From an uncultured Pelagibacteraceae bacterium (GTDB lineage: Bacteria > Pseudomonadota > Alphaproteobacteria > Pelagibacterales > Pelagibacteraceae): a stretch of 64,000 bases of DNA. The notes below the pieces were generated by a model that was not told where the DNA came from, did no database searches, and saw nothing but the letters and a program-made list of their open reading frames with translations. Below, piece after piece: positions 17,069 through 28,781 of the stretch; positions within the stretch are counted from its first letter, which is position 1; the number at the start of each line of letters is the position of its first letter. The stretch lies in NCBI GenBank assembly GCA_902573585.1, contig CACGKH010000001.1, positions 8,228 to 72,227 on the forward strand, in the 5' to 3' direction. The translations under genes were made by a program, and so were the position numbers.

Positions 17069-18754
17069 ATGTTACTTAAAAAAATAAAATTTATTTTAAT
17101 TATATTCCTACTTTATCAAACTCCATTACATTCTAAAAGCACTAGTTTAAAAGATTTTAATTCAAAAAATTTATCAAAATATTTTTCAGGCATTGTAGCT
17201 TTTGAGAATAAAGATAATTCGTTAGCTTTAGAATTTTTTAATTCCTCTAAAATTTTAATTGACAATCATGATCCCTATTTAAAGAGGTATATTTATTCTT
17301 TAGTTTTAGAGAATAAGGTTCCTCAAGCAATAAATATAGTAAAAAATAATAAAGATAAAAATAATACAAATTTTTTTGATGCTCAATTATTGATAATCCT
17401 AGACAATTTAAAAAAAAACGATTTTGAAAAAGCTAGCAATAATTTAAAAAAAATATCCAGTCTTTATCAAACAGATAGATTTGTTGTAGCTATTATAGAA
17501 AGTTTAAAACAATATATTTATGTATTTAAGGAAAAGAAAATTTTGGATAATAAAAAAAATTTAGGAAAATTATCATTAATTTCAGAAACATTCCAAAAAT
17601 GTTTTTTAAGTGATGAGGCTACGGATACATACTTTTCTAATTTGATTAATGATGATGAAGCTGACTACACAAGATATATTTATTTTTATTTAAGTTTTCT
17701 GATTGAAAATAATAGAATAGAAGAGGCAAAAAAAATGACTAATGATTTAGATTATATTAATGCCACTTTACTACTATCCCAGGGAAAAAGTTGGATACAA
17801 AATGGAAAGTCAGAAAAATTTATTAGTGTTTTCTCGTGCAAAAATTCTAATGATGTTATAAGTGAATTTCTTTTTTTAATTTCAAACCTATACTCATCTC
17901 AAGATAATTTTAAAAAATCAAATTTTTATTTAAATTTATCAAATTTTCTTAATCCTAAATTTGTATTTAATTTATCTCTAGTAGTTGAAAATCATTATTT
18001 TAATGGAGAATATAAAAAAGCTAAAAAAGTTTTAAAAAATTTTAAAAAAGAGGACCAATTTTACTTTTGGTACAGGGTTAAAAAAGAAGCACAGATTATT
18101 GAAAAACAAAGAAATAAGAAAGAGTCATTAAATTATATAACTGCAGCTTTTAATAAAATTCAAAAGCCAAACAATAAATTTTTATTCGACATTGCAAATT
18201 TTAATAAAAATTCAAAAGAATATGAGAAGGCAATTAATTTTTATTCAAAAATAATAAACAATCTTGATAAAAATTCTGAAATGAAATCAGACCTTCATTA
18301 TAGAAGAGGGGGTAGTTATGAAAGAATTGGTCAATATGAAAAAGCAGATCAAGATTTGCTTTATGCGCTAAAAATAAATCCAAATGATGCTTATGTTTTA
18401 AATTATTTAGCTTATTCGTGGCTTGAAAGGGATTATAAAATTAATGAAGCAATTAAAATGCTTGAGAAAGCATATTCAATAAAAAATAATGACCCTTATA
18501 TAATCGATTCTATCGGTTGGGCGTATTACTTAGTTGATGATTATTCAAAAGCTGAAAAATTATTAAAGAAAGCGGTGGAGTTGATGCCTGATGACCCTAT
18601 AGTTAATGATCACTATGGAGATATTTTATGGAAATTAGATCGAAAGATACAAGCAAGATATTTTTGGGGCAACGTTCTAGAAATGGATGATGCTGAAGCT
18701 GAAATGATTGAAAATATTAATATAAAAATTATTGAAGGCTTAAAAAATTCTTGA
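17069..18754 (+). CDS. Exported TPR-repeat protein
   Basis: Signal peptide; C-terminal TPRs (LNYLAYSW, YIIDSIGW, DHYGDILW); the usual neighbour of ispE. Confidence 0.88.
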   Translation: MLLKKIKFILIIFLLYQTPLHSKSTSLKDFNSKNLSKYFSGIVAFENKDNSLALEFFNSSKILIDNHDPYLKRYIYSLVLENKVPQAINIVKNNKDKNNTNFFDAQLLIILDNLKKNDFEKASNNLKKISSLYQTDRFVVAIIESLKQYIYVFKEKKILDNKKNLGKLSLISETFQKCFLSDEATDTYFSNLINDDEADYTRYIYFYLSFLIENNRIEEAKKMTNDLDYINATLLLSQGKSWIQNGKSEKFISVFSCKNSNDVISEFLFLISNLYSSQDNFKKSNFYLNLSNFLNPKFVFNLSLVVENHYFNGEYKKAKKVLKNFKKEDQFYFWYRVKKEAQIIEKQRNKKESLNYITAAFNKIQKPNNKFLFDIANFNKNSKEYEKAINFYSKIINNLDKNSEMKSDLHYRRGGSYERIGQYEKADQDLLYALKINPNDAYVLNYLAYSWLERDYKINEAIKMLEKAYSIKNNDPYIIDSIGWAYYLVDDYSKAEKLLKKAVELMPDDPIVNDHYGDILWKLDRKIQARYFWGNVLEMDDAEAEMIENINIKIIEGLKNS

Positions 18755-19599
18755 TGTCACAGACTAAAATCAAATCCTATGCTAAATTAAATTTAGCTTT
18801 GAATATAACTGGCAAAGCTTCTTCCCTTCACAAAGTTGAGAGTATAGTTGCTTTTACTTTGCTGCATGATGAAATTTTTATAAAAAAGATACAATCAAAA
18901 TCACACAAAATTTTATTTTTTGGTAAATTTTCTCAAAATATTGGTAGAAATAATACAATATCAAAATTACTAAAAATTTTAGAAAAAAAAAATTTTTTAA
19001 AAGATAAAAAATTTAAAATTAGAATAAACAAAAAAATTCCAAGTAGAGCAGGTCTAGGAGGAGGGTCGATGAATGCTGCTAATGTTTTAAATTTCTTTAT
19101 TAAAAAAAAAATTATTAAAATGAGTGAAAATGAAATTATCAAAATATCTAAACTTATTGGCTCTGATGTTATTTTAGGTCTTAGTTCTACAAACTCCATC
19201 ATGAATGAAAAAAATGAGATTAAACGATTTAGTAATTACAAAAAAATACATGTATTAATTGTAAAACCAAATTTTGGTTGTTCTACTAAAGACATTTACT
19301 CAAATGTGAGAAAGTTCAATAAACCAAAATTCAATAAACCTAAAAAAAAAATGTTTGACTTTAATTATCTGAAAAAAATGAGTAATTCCTTAGAGCCAAT
19401 AGCTTTTTCAAAATATAGTAAATTAAGAACAATTAAATTGTTTTTAGAAAATTCTTCTGCACCTATCTTTGTCAGAATGACAGGATCTGGATCTGCAATA
19501 GTTGCATATTTTCAATCAAAAGAAGAATGCCATAAAGCAAAAAAAAAATTTGATAGGAAATATAAAAATTACTGGTGTATGACTTCAAAAACTATATAA
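18751..19599 (+). CDS. ispE: 4-diphosphocytidyl-2-C-methyl-D-erythritol kinase
   Basis: AKLNLAL, KKIP--AGLGGGS, GSDV and RMTGSGS GHMP-kinase motifs. Confidence 0.93.
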   Translation: MMSQTKIKSYAKLNLALNITGKASSLHKVESIVAFTLLHDEIFIKKIQSKSHKILFFGKFSQNIGRNNTISKLLKILEKKNFLKDKKFKIRINKKIPSRAGLGGGSMNAANVLNFFIKKKIIKMSENEIIKISKLIGSDVILGLSSTNSIMNEKNEIKRFSNYKKIHVLIVKPNFGCSTKDIYSNVRKFNKPKFNKPKKKMFDFNYLKKMSNSLEPIAFSKYSKLRTIKLFLENSSAPIFVRMTGSGSAIVAYFQSKEECHKAKKKFDRKYKNYWCMTSKTI

Positions 19600-19632
19600 A
19601 TTTTATTTTTTTGTGTTATACGAACTTAATAT

Positions 19633-19706
19633 TGGGGCGTAGCCAAGTGGTAAGGCACGGGTTTTTGGTACCTGCATCCTAGGTTCGAATCCTAGCGCCC
19701 CAGCCA
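19633..19706 (+). tRNA. tRNA-Gln(TTG)
   Basis: Acceptor stem TGGGGCG/CGCCCCA, anticodon loop TT-TTG-GT, T-arm CTAGG-TTCGAAT-CCTAG, encoded CCA. Confidence 0.96.
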
Positions 19707-19709
19707 ACT

Positions 19710-20984
19710 ATGAAAAGTTTTTTAGATAAATTTTTTTTAAGATCTAATAATTTAGACTATATAAGTCTAAAAATTAAAGATCTTACAAAAAAAACACCTT
19801 CTCACAAAATTTTTGAAGCGATAAATTCTCATTCATCTGAAAGCGAAGTTCGTTATGTTGGAGGATGTATCAGAAAAATAATTAACAATGAAAAAGTTGA
19901 TGATATTGACTTAGCAACTAATTTAGAACCTCAACAAGTTTGTGATTCTCTTAAAAAAAAAAACATAAATTTTTATGAGAGTGGCATTGAGCATGGAACA
20001 ATCACTGCTTTTGAAAATCAATATAAATTCGAAATTACAACTCTAAGAAAAGATATTTTAACTGATGGAAGACATGCAAAAGTTGAATTTTCAAAAAATT
20101 GGAAAGAGGATGCATCAAGAAGAGATTTTACAATCAATTCAATATATGCAGACAAAGATGGAAATTTATTTGATCCATATAATGGGAAAAAAGATTTAGA
20201 AAATGGGTTTATTAATTTTATTGGAAATATAGATAAAAGAATTAAGGAAGACTATCTAAGAATATTAAGATATTTAAGATTCTTCACCAACTACTCTAAA
20301 CAACCACATAATGTAGAAATTATCAAAACATTAAAGATGAATCTTGATGGTATATCAAACTTGTCAAAAGAAAGACTCATGGATGAGTTAAAAAAAATTG
20401 CGCAAGTAGATACTCTTGAAAAATTATCAAAAGATAAATTAAGTTTAGACTTAATGTCAATAATTTTTCCTGAATTAAAAAATATAAAGATATTTTCAAA
20501 ATTAAATACTATCAACAAAAATTTATTGAAAGAAAAAGATTTTATTTTTTTGTTATCCCTGATGATCGTTGATGAATCAGATAATGTAGATTATTTTTTA
20601 TATAAGTTTAATATTTCAAAACAAGAACAAAAGAGGATTAAGATTATTGATAATTTTTATAAAGAAAAAATAAGCTTAAAAACATTTACTGAAAAAAATA
20701 TGAATAAAGTTTTTTATTATCATGGAAAAGAAGCAGTTCTTGATATCTTGAATTATAAATTAATTAAATCAAAAAAAGCAGAAAATTCTTTAAGTGAATT
20801 AATAAAACATTTTGAAAATACTAAAGTTCCTTCAATGCCAATTAGTGCAGATTTATTAATGAAAAAATATGAAATGTCTGAGGGCAAATATTTAGGAGAA
20901 AAATTAAAAATAATTGAAAAAGAATGGGTTGAAAATAATTTTGAGATTTCTGATCAACAAGTTGATAACATTGTTAATAATTAA
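19710..20984 (+). CDS. cca: CCA tRNA nucleotidyltransferase
   Basis: [26 protein letters not shown] and EDYLRILR motifs. Confidence 0.9.
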   Translation: MKSFLDKFFLRSNNLDYISLKIKDLTKKTPSHKIFEAINSHSSESEVRYVGGCIRKIINNEKVDDIDLATNLEPQQVCDSLKKKNINFYESGIEHGTITAFENQYKFEITTLRKDILTDGRHAKVEFSKNWKEDASRRDFTINSIYADKDGNLFDPYNGKKDLENGFINFIGNIDKRIKEDYLRILRYLRFFTNYSKQPHNVEIIKTLKMNLDGISNLSKERLMDELKKIAQVDTLEKLSKDKLSLDLMSIIFPELKNIKIFSKLNTINKNLLKEKDFIFLLSLMIVDESDNVDYFLYKFNISKQEQKRIKIIDNFYKEKISLKTFTEKNMNKVFYYHGKEAVLDILNYKLIKSKKAENSLSELIKHFENTKVPSMPISADLLMKKYEMSEGKYLGEKLKIIEKEWVENNFEISDQQVDNIVNN

Positions 20985-21457
20985 ATATATTTGACATCCT
21001 TTATTTCAAAATTTTTAGTACCTGCAGGAGTGCTAATTTCAACCAAATCATTTTTATTTTTTCCTATTAAACCTTTTCCAATAGGTGATTGAAAATAAAT
21101 TAATTTTTTTTCTATGTCGGCTTCATCTTTTCCAACAATTTTATAATTAATTTTTTCTCCGTTATCCAAATTTTCTAAAAATACAGTTGAACCAAAAATA
21201 ACTTTACCCTCATTATTTAGTTTTGTAACATCAATTACATTAGCCCTAGCAATAATATCATTTATTTCTGTTATACGACCCTCATTATGAGATTGCTCTT
21301 CTTTTGCTGCGTGGTATTCGGCATTTTCTTTAAGATCTCCATGCGATCTCGCTTCAGCAATAGCTGCAACAATTTCAGGTCTTTTTTTTTCTTTTAAAAA
21401 AACTAACTCTTCTTTTAAATTATTTAATCCATTTAAAGTGATTGGCTCTTTGTCCAT
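20981..21457 (-). CDS. greA: Transcription elongation factor GreA
   Basis: [14 protein letters not shown] and SPIGKGLIG motifs. Confidence 0.97.
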   Translation of the reverse strand: MDKEPITLNGLNNLKEELVFLKEKKRPEIVAAIAEARSHGDLKENAEYHAAKEEQSHNEGRITEINDIIARANVIDVTKLNNEGKVIFGSTVFLENLDNGEKINYKIVGKDEADIEKKLIYFQSPIGKGLIGKNKNDLVEISTPAGTKNFEIKDVKYI

Positions 21458-21458
21458 C

Positions 21459-22286
21459 TTATTTCCATTTAGTAAGTGGTGGTAATGACATTAATATCCC
21501 CTCAACATTTCCACCTGTTTGTAACCCAAATTTTGTTCCTCTGTCATATAATAAATTAAATTCTGCATATCTACCCCTTTTAATATATTGCATTTCTTTA
21601 TCTTTGGTAGTCCATTTTTTATTAATCTTTTTGTTAATAATTTTATTAAAAATTAATTGAAAAGTCACACCAACATCTCTTACAAATTTAAAATCTTTTT
21701 CAAAATTATTTTTTTTGTAATCAAAGAAAATACCACCAATACCTCTTGGTTCTTTTCTGTGGGGTAGATAAAAATATTCATCACACCATTTTTTATATTT
21801 TTTATAATATTTTTTATCATGTCGATTGCACATATTTCTTAAAATTTTGTGAAATTCTTTTTTTTCATTAATATCTATTTTTGAAGGTGTAACATCCATT
21901 CCTCCACCGAACCAATCTTGAGTAGTACAAATGTACCTTGTATTAAAATGCATAGCAGGAATTAATGGATTTTTCATATGCATAACTACAGAAATTCCCG
22001 ACGCCCAAAATCTTGGATCTTTTTTAGCACCAGGGATATTTTTTTGAAATTGTTTTGGAAATTTTCCATATACTTTAGAAAAATTCACCCCAACTTTTTC
22101 GAAAACTTTTCCATCTTGTAAAATTCTATATTCACCACCACCCTCATCCTTTTTAATATTTCTTTTCCACGCTTTTGACTTGAACTGAATTTTATTTTTT
22201 TCTAGTTTGCAAATGTCATCACAAAATACGTTTTGTAGTGTTTTAAACCAATTACTAGATAAATCTTTTTTAATTTCTAAATTCAT
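21459..22286 (-). CDS. hemF: Oxygen-dependent coproporphyrinogen III oxidase
   Basis: [20 protein letters not shown] and [19 protein letters not shown] motifs. Confidence 0.97.
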   Translation of the reverse strand: MNLEIKKDLSSNWFKTLQNVFCDDICKLEKNKIQFKSKAWKRNIKKDEGGGEYRILQDGKVFEKVGVNFSKVYGKFPKQFQKNIPGAKKDPRFWASGISVVMHMKNPLIPAMHFNTRYICTTQDWFGGGMDVTPSKIDINEKKEFHKILRNMCNRHDKKYYKKYKKWCDEYFYLPHRKEPRGIGGIFFDYKKNNFEKDFKFVRDVGVTFQLIFNKIINKKINKKWTTKDKEMQYIKRGRYAEFNLLYDRGTKFGLQTGGNVEGILMSLPPLTKWK

Positions 22287-22287
22287 A

Positions 22288-22761
22288 TTAGATTAAATTA
22301 ATTTGCTTTAAACTTTCAGCAAGAATAATTGCCACTGATGATGCAATGTTAAGAGAACGTTTATTATTTTTCATAGGTATTTTTAATCGATTTTTAATTA
22401 TTTTATGCACACTTTCAGGAACACCAGCGCTCTCTCTTCCAAATAAAATAGTGTCATTTTTATTAAACTTAAATTTAGTATAAGATATAGATGCTTTAGT
22501 TGTCATCAATATAATTCTTTGATTCTTTTTAGATTTAAAAAAGTCATCTGAGCTTTTATAAAATTTGATTTCATTTTTATCCATGTAATCCATTACTACT
22601 CTCTTAAATCTCTTATCACTCAACAGAAAACCGCAGGGTTCTATAATTTCTAATTTTGCGCCAAGACAAGCGCAGGTTCTGATAATAGCAGCCGTATTTT
22701 GAGGTATATCTGGTTCAAATAAAGCAATTTTAAGCCCTTCATTCATGAGGTTATGTGTCAT
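22288..22761 (-). CDS. trmL: tRNA (cytidine/uridine-2'-O)-methyltransferase, SPOUT family
   Basis: PDIPQNT, FGRESAG and IPM...RSLN motifs. Confidence 0.9.
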   Translation of the reverse strand: MTHNLMNEGLKIALFEPDIPQNTAAIIRTCACLGAKLEIIEPCGFLLSDKRFKRVVMDYMDKNEIKFYKSSDDFFKSKKNQRIILMTTKASISYTKFKFNKNDTILFGRESAGVPESVHKIIKNRLKIPMKNNKRSLNIASSVAIILAESLKQINLI

Positions 22762-22849
22762 TCTTTCAGTAGAAAAATAATACTTTTTTATTATATGTAA
22801 TCATATATTAACTAGCTAAATCAATATATAGAATTATACAGACTTACAG

Positions 22850-23359
22850 ATGGCGGAAAAAAAAACTAATAGAAGAGATTTTTTATTTACAGCTACCTAT
22901 GCCGTTGGGGCAGTAGGGTTGGGTGCAACAGTTTGGCCAATGATTGACCAAATGAACCCAGATGCATCAGTTAAAGCTTTAGCGAGCACAGAAGTAGATA
23001 TTAGTTCTGTAACTCCAGGAAAAACAATTACAGTTCTTTGGAGAGGCAAACCAGTCTTTATAAGAAGAAGAACTCCAGACGAAATAGCAGAAGCAAAATC
23101 AGTTAACTTGGAAGATTTAAAAGATCCTCAGAAAGATGAAGACCGTGCTAAAGATCCAGAGTGGCTAGTGATGCTAGGGGTCTGCACTCATTTGGGCTGT
23201 GTTCCATTAGATCAAAAAGGTGATTATAATGGTTGGTTTTGTCCTTGTCATGGATCGCATTATGATACATCAGGAAGAATTAGAAAAGGCCCAGCTCCAA
23301 CAAACATGGAAGTTCCAAAATATGAATTTGTTAACTCTAATACTATTAAAATTGGATAA
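22850..23359 (+). CDS. petA: Ubiquinol-cytochrome c reductase Rieske subunit
   Basis: Tat motif RRDFL; CTHLGC and CPCHGS boxes. Confidence 0.98.
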   Translation: MAEKKTNRRDFLFTATYAVGAVGLGATVWPMIDQMNPDASVKALASTEVDISSVTPGKTITVLWRGKPVFIRRRTPDEIAEAKSVNLEDLKDPQKDEDRAKDPEWLVMLGVCTHLGCVPLDQKGDYNGWFCPCHGSHYDTSGRIRKGPAPTNMEVPKYEFVNSNTIKIG

Positions 23360-23367
23360 AAATTATT

Positions 23368-24630
23368 ATGAGTGATCACGAATATACCCCTAAATCAAAA
23401 TTTGGAAAATGGTTCAATGATAGACTTCCACTTCTTTCTTTAGCAAGTCATCTTACTGATTATCCAACTCCAAAAAATTTAAATTATTGGTGGACTTTTG
23501 GTGGAATACTCACTTTTTGTTTAATAACTCAAATAGTAACTGGGTTAACACTCGCAATGCACTATATCGCCCATGCAGATATGGCATTTGAAAGTGTTGA
23601 ACATATTATGAGAGACGTAAACTATGGATGGTTAATAAGATACATACATGCAAATGGTGCATCAATGTTTTTCTTAGCAGTTTACATTCATATTTTTAGA
23701 TCATTGTTTTATGGGTCTTACAAGTCTCCAAGAGAAATTATATGGATAATTGGTATTATTATTTATTTGTTAATGATGGCAGCAGCTTTTATGGGCTACG
23801 TACTGCCATGGGGACAAATGAGTTTTTGGGGAGCAACTGTTATAACAAATTTATTTAGTGCGATACCTCTAGTCGGAGAGGGAATCGTAACCTGGTTATG
23901 GGGAGGTTACTCAGTAGACAACCCGACATTAACAAGATTTTTTACTCTTCATTATCTAATACCTTTTTTAATTTTAGGTTTAGTTGTTCTTCATATTTGG
24001 GCACTTCATGTCCCAGGTAACAATAATCCTGTAGGTATTGATATTGAAAAACCCTCTAAAGATACGGTCCCGTTTCATCCGTATATAGTTATTAAAGATG
24101 GTTTTGCATTATTAATGTTTATGATTGTTTTTGCTTTTTTTGTTTTTTATGCACCAAATATTTTAGGACATGCAGATAACTATATTGAAGCAGATCCATT
24201 AGTTACACCTGCTCATATTGTACCTGAATGGTATTTGCTACCTTTTTATGCAATTTTGAGATCTGTTCCTGATAAACTCTTGGGAGTAGTTGCAATGTTA
24301 TCTGCAATTTTAATTTTAGCAGCTCTACCATGGCTTGATACATCCAAAATTAGATCTGCAGTGTTCAGACCATTATATAAACAATTTTATTGGATACTAG
24401 TTGCTGATGTATTAATTTTAGGCTATGTGGGAGCGATGCCTGCGGAGGGCTTATACTTGTTGATAGCTAGAGTGGCCACAGCATATTATTTTTTACACTT
24501 TTTAGTAATCCTTCCAGTTTTAGGGTTTAAAGAAAAAACCCTTCCGGTGCCATTGAGCATTACAGAACCGGTTTTGGGTGGGTCACCAAATTTAGCAACA
24601 GCCAGAAATAGAGAAAGTTTAAATAATTAG
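23368..24630 (+). CDS. petB: Cytochrome b
   Basis: [23 protein letters not shown] and PEWY motifs. Confidence 0.98.
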   Translation: MSDHEYTPKSKFGKWFNDRLPLLSLASHLTDYPTPKNLNYWWTFGGILTFCLITQIVTGLTLAMHYIAHADMAFESVEHIMRDVNYGWLIRYIHANGASMFFLAVYIHIFRSLFYGSYKSPREIIWIIGIIIYLLMMAAAFMGYVLPWGQMSFWGATVITNLFSAIPLVGEGIVTWLWGGYSVDNPTLTRFFTLHYLIPFLILGLVVLHIWALHVPGNNNPVGIDIEKPSKDTVPFHPYIVIKDGFALLMFMIVFAFFVFYAPNILGHADNYIEADPLVTPAHIVPEWYLLPFYAILRSVPDKLLGVVAMLSAILILAALPWLDTSKIRSAVFRPLYKQFYWILVADVLILGYVGAMPAEGLYLLIARVATAYYFLHFLVILPVLGFKEKTLPVPLSITEPVLGGSPNLATARNRESLNN

Positions 24631-25409
24631 TGAAAAATTTTTTTAAAATATTTTTTTCAATTATTCTAGTTTTTGGATATTCTCAAAATTCTTACTCTGC
24701 TGAAAAAGTGGAATATCTAAAGACAGATTGGAGCTTTAAAGGTCTTTTTGGAAAGTTTGATCGTGGAGCACTTCAAAGAGGATATCAGGTATATACCGAG
24801 GTATGTTCTTCTTGCCATTCAATGAAATACGTAAGTTATAGAAATTTAGCAGAAAAGGGTGGACCAGAATTTACAGAGGCACAAGTAAAGGCAATCGCAG
24901 CATCTTTTGAGGTTAAAGATGGACCAAACGCTGATGGTGAGATGTTTACAAGGCCTGGAAAATTATCTGATAAATTTGTTATGCCATATGAAAATGTTAA
25001 AGCTGCTCAAGCTGCTAATGGTGGTGCTTATCCTCCAGATATGTCAGTTTTAGTAAAAGCAAGAGGAGGAGGAGTTGATTATATTTATTCACTTCTTCAA
25101 GGATATGAAAGTCCACCAGCTGGATTTATATTAGACGACGGAGTTTACTATAATAAGTACATGTATGGAAATAAAATAAAAATGTCTAATCAATTGTCTG
25201 ATGGGTTAGTTGAGTATGCCGATGGTACAAATGCAACAGTTGAACAGATGTCTAAAGATGTAACAACATTTTTGATGTGGACAGCAGAACCCCATCTAGA
25301 GGCAAGACACCAGATGGGTTTTAAAGCAATTGTGTATTTAATAATTTTAACAATTCTGGTTTATTTTAGTATGAAACGAATTTGGTCACGTATTGAAACG
25401 GAAGTTTAA
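24630..25409 (+). CDS. petC: Cytochrome c1
   Basis: QRGYQVY--VCSSCH heme motif, PPDMS and a C-terminal TM anchor; GTG start. Confidence 0.97.
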   Translation: MKNFFKIFFSIILVFGYSQNSYSAEKVEYLKTDWSFKGLFGKFDRGALQRGYQVYTEVCSSCHSMKYVSYRNLAEKGGPEFTEAQVKAIAASFEVKDGPNADGEMFTRPGKLSDKFVMPYENVKAAQAANGGAYPPDMSVLVKARGGGVDYIYSLLQGYESPPAGFILDDGVYYNKYMYGNKIKMSNQLSDGLVEYADGTNATVEQMSKDVTTFLMWTAEPHLEARHQMGFKAIVYLIILTILVYFSMKRIWSRIETEV

Positions 25410-26459
25410 TACATCGCCATCTTTAACAATATAGTCTTTTCCTTCTAGTCTCATTTTACCATTTGTTTTTGAATTTACCCATCCATCATTAGCAACAAAA
25501 TCAGTATAAGAAACCGTTTCGGCTCTAATAAATCCTTTTTCAAAATCTGTATGAATTTCTCCAGCAGCTTTTGGAGCTGTGCAATTTTTTTGAATAGTCC
25601 ATGCTCTGGTTTCCTCTGGTCCAGAAGTAAAATAAGTATCTAATTCAAGAATTTTATAACCTTTTTGAATTAACATATCTAATCCAGTTTCTTTTAAACC
25701 AATCATTTCCATATAATTTTTTTTTTCACTCATTTCTAGCTCATTTATTTGATTTTCAATATCAGCAGAAACTACCAAAGTATTTTCTTGCCCAAACTTA
25801 TCAATAAATTTTTCCGTGTATTTGTTACCATTTTGCACACTTTGTTCATCTACATTGCAAACAAATATTTTAGGCTTCAAGGATAGTAAACCACTCAAAT
25901 TGAGTTGTTTTTTATCAAAATCATTTTTTAATATAGAAATATCTTTGTTATTATTTATACAATCTAAAGCAATTTCAAGAATTTTTAATTGCTCCTCATC
26001 AACATTTTTTTTATTATTTTTTTCCAATCTCTTCTGAATAGATTCAAGGTCTGCAAGCATCATTTCAGTTTCTATAATTTCTAGGTCTCTAATTGGATCA
26101 ACGTTTGGGTTTACATTTTGAATATCATCTGAGTCAAAACATCTTATCATATGAATGATAGCATCAACTTCTCTTATATGAGAAAGAAATTTATTTCCCA
26201 AACCTTCACCTTTTGAGGCACCTTTAACAAGACCAGCAATATCAACAAATGAAATAGTTGTATTAATAACTTTCTTTGACTTAGATACTTTAGCCAAATT
26301 TTTTAATCTGTTGTCAGGAACAGGCACAACACCAACATTTGGATCAATTGTGCAAAATGGAAAGTTGGCAGCTTGTGCTTTACTCGAATTAGTAAGAGCA
26401 TTAAATAAAGTTGATTTACCTACATTAGGTAATCCGACTATTCCACATTTGAAACTCAT
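25386..26459 (-). CDS. ychF: Redox-regulated ribosome-binding ATPase YchF
   Basis: GLPNVGKST, NFPFCTI, DIAGLV and HTDFEKGFIRAE motifs. Confidence 0.97.
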   Translation of the reverse strand: MSFKCGIVGLPNVGKSTLFNALTNSSKAQAANFPFCTIDPNVGVVPVPDNRLKNLAKVSKSKKVINTTISFVDIAGLVKGASKGEGLGNKFLSHIREVDAIIHMIRCFDSDDIQNVNPNVDPIRDLEIIETEMMLADLESIQKRLEKNNKKNVDEEQLKILEIALDCINNNKDISILKNDFDKKQLNLSGLLSLKPKIFVCNVDEQSVQNGNKYTEKFIDKFGQENTLVVSADIENQINELEMSEKKNYMEMIGLKETGLDMLIQKGYKILELDTYFTSGPEETRAWTIQKNCTAPKAAGEIHTDFEKGFIRAETVSYTDFVANDGWVNSKTNGKMRLEGKDYIVKDGDVLNFRFNT

Positions 26460-27019
26460 TATTTATTATTTACAGTGCTTGAAAATAAATCTAATTTTTT
26501 TTCAACAAGAATTGAAATTGAATCTGTAATATCTTTTGATATTTTTTCAATACCAATTGCTTCATCTTCGTCAAAATTTTGTAAAACATAATCTGCGACC
26601 TCAATATTACCCTTAGGTTTTCCAATCCCAACTCTTACTCTTGAATAATCTTTACCAATAAATTTATCTATTGAGGCTATACCGTTATGACCTGCACTCG
26701 ATCCACCAAATTTTGCTTTTATTTTTCCGAACTCTAAATCAAGATCATCATGAAAAACTATCACATCCTCAGCATTAATTTTAAAATATTCGATAAGCTC
26801 TCTAATACAAATTCCTGAATTATTCATGAAAGTCAAAGGTTTGATTGCATAGACCTTTTCATTTCCAATATTTCCTGTAGTCAAAAGACCCTTGAATTTA
26901 GGCTTTTGCTTTGAGAGACCAAATTTTTTATTAATATTATCTATAATTTTAAATCCAACGTTGTGTCGATTATTTTCACTATCTGGTGTTGGATTACCCA
27001 ATCCTACAAATAAAAGCAT
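26459..27019 (-). CDS. pth: Peptidyl-tRNA hydrolase
   Basis: GLGNP, RHNVGF, KPLTFMNNSG, HDDLD and GHNG motifs. Confidence 0.97.
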   Translation of the reverse strand: MLLFVGLGNPTPDSENNRHNVGFKIIDNINKKFGLSKQKPKFKGLLTTGNIGNEKVYAIKPLTFMNNSGICIRELIEYFKINAEDVIVFHDDLDLEFGKIKAKFGGSSAGHNGIASIDKFIGKDYSRVRVGIGKPKGNIEVADYVLQNFDEDEAIGIEKISKDITDSISILVEKKLDLFSSTVNNK

Positions 27020-27053
27020 AAATAAATGGAATTAAATTTTCAATTTTGATTTA

Positions 27054-27797
27054 TTATTTTTTTTCTTCAGCTGGTTTTTTATCAGCAGGTTTTTTGTCAT
27101 CACCTTCTTTTTTATCACCCTTAGCTCCCTCTGCTGCTGGCTTTTCCCCATCTGCTGCAGCTGCTGCTCCCTCTGTTCCTTCAGCTCCTTCAGCTCCCTC
27201 TACTGCTTCAGCCTCAGCTGGTTTCTCAGGTTCTTTCATCACAGTTGGTGCCGCTAATGTTGCTATCACAAAGTCTCTACCTTGAATAGTTGGAGTTACT
27301 TCAGAATCTAATTTAACAGATGAAATTTTAAAACTTTCTCCTATGTCGATGCCATCAAGATCTATAGTTAAATTTTCAGGTATCTTTTCACTTGGACATT
27401 TTAATTCAACTTTTCTTCTAACTATATTTAAAACTCCGCCCCTTTTTAAACCAGGAGACTTTTCATGGTTTATAAAATTAACTGGAACTTCAATCGTAAT
27501 TTTAACACCAGGCAATACTCTTAAAAAATCTACATGAGTAGGTTCATCACTTAAAATATGATATTTAACCTCACGAGGAAGAACATTTTGAGATTTTCCA
27601 TCAATTTTGAGAGTTATAATGTTAGATAAAAAATTTTCTTTTTCAATTAGAGCTTTAAGAAATTTTTTAGAGACAGAAATTTTTTGATTTTGATCTTTTC
27701 CACCATAAATAATTGCTGGCACATTTCCATTGTCTCTAATGGCATTTAGTTGCCCTTTAGTAGAGTTATCTCTAATGTTTGCATCTAGTGAATTCAT
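27054..27797 (-). CDS. rplY: 50S ribosomal protein L25 (Ctc form)
   Basis: VPAIIYG, HVDF and GLKRGG motifs; acidic/Ala-rich tail. Confidence 0.95.
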   Translation of the reverse strand: MNSLDANIRDNSTKGQLNAIRDNGNVPAIIYGGKDQNQKISVSKKFLKALIEKENFLSNIITLKIDGKSQNVLPREVKYHILSDEPTHVDFLRVLPGVKITIEVPVNFINHEKSPGLKRGGVLNIVRRKVELKCPSEKIPENLTIDLDGIDIGESFKISSVKLDSEVTPTIQGRDFVIATLAAPTVMKEPEKPAEAEAVEGAEGAEGTEGAAAAADGEKPAAEGAKGDKKEGDDKKPADKKPAEEKK

Positions 27798-27840
27798 AAA
27801 ACAGAGTTTTTTAACCCATGTTTACAAATAATCAAGGTAA

Positions 27841-28773
27841 TTATTTAAATAAATCTGATACTGAAGTTGAATTGGATATTCTTTTGATTGCTTCACCCAT
27901 TAGGCCCGAAATCGGTAAAACTTCTATATTTTTAACATTTTTAGTTTTTTCTCCATTATCAATTGTATCTGTAATTACTAAATTTTTAATTACTGAGTTT
28001 TTAATTTTTTTAACTGCGTCGCCGCTTAATACTCCGTGGGTAATATAAACGTAAACTTCTTTTGCACCTCTTTCTTTTAAAGCTTTGGCTGCATTGACAA
28101 TAGTTCCACCTGAATCAATTATATCATCAACAATGATACAGGTTTGATCTTTTACTTCTCCAATTACATTCATAACTTTTGATTTACCTGGTTTAGGTCT
28201 TCTCTTATCAACAATAGCTAGACCAACATTGAGTAATTTTCCTAGTGCTCTTGCTCTTTCAGTCCCACCAACATCAGGAGCTACACAAATAATTTTTTTG
28301 CTTTTAATTTTTTTTCGAGCATGTCGAGCAAATATTGGGGTTGCAAAAAGGTTATCTACAGGAATATCAAAGAAACCTTGGATTTGCCCTGCATGCAAGT
28401 CAACTGTAACAACTCTGTCAGCTCCAGCTTTAGTGATTAAATTTGATACAAGTTTTGCAGATATAGATGTTCTTGGAACGATTTTTCTGTCTTGTCGGGC
28501 GTATCCAAAGTATGGAATAACTGCAGTTATATTTTTTGCTGAAGATCTTTTTAACGCATCGATACACAATAATAATTCCATTAAGTTATCATTTGCTGGA
28601 GATGATACTGACTGGATTATAAATATACTATTTCCTCTAATATTTTCATTAATCTCTACATAGATTTCACCATCAGCAAATTTTCTTATACTTGAATTTA
28701 CAAGTTTAGATTTTAAATATTTAGCAATATTTCTACTAAGGACTTTATTACTATTTCCAGTTAATAATTTCAT
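27841..28773 (-). CDS. prs: Ribose-phosphate pyrophosphokinase
   Basis: FADGE, PYFGYARQDR, DLHAGQIQGFF and VDDIIDSGGT motifs. Confidence 0.98.
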   Translation of the reverse strand: MKLLTGNSNKVLSRNIAKYLKSKLVNSSIRKFADGEIYVEINENIRGNSIFIIQSVSSPANDNLMELLLCIDALKRSSAKNITAVIPYFGYARQDRKIVPRTSISAKLVSNLITKAGADRVVTVDLHAGQIQGFFDIPVDNLFATPIFARHARKKIKSKKIICVAPDVGGTERARALGKLLNVGLAIVDKRRPKPGKSKVMNVIGEVKDQTCIIVDDIIDSGGTIVNAAKALKERGAKEVYVYITHGVLSGDAVKKIKNSVIKNLVITDTIDNGEKTKNVKNIEVLPISGLMGEAIKRISNSTSVSDLFK

Positions 28774-28781
28774 TGAAAAGT

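Noticed and set aside
25386-25409. Overlapping 3' ends of convergent petC and ychF (similar overlaps at 14589, 20981, 31631, 34987, 44517)
   Set aside because: A general consequence of genome compaction; no specific antisense signal is evident.
27054-27240. Repetitive GC-richer tract (GCTCCTTCA-like units)
   Set aside because: It encodes the ordinary low-complexity Ala/Glu/Gly/Lys tail of L25/Ctc; it is not a CRISPR array or mobile repeat.
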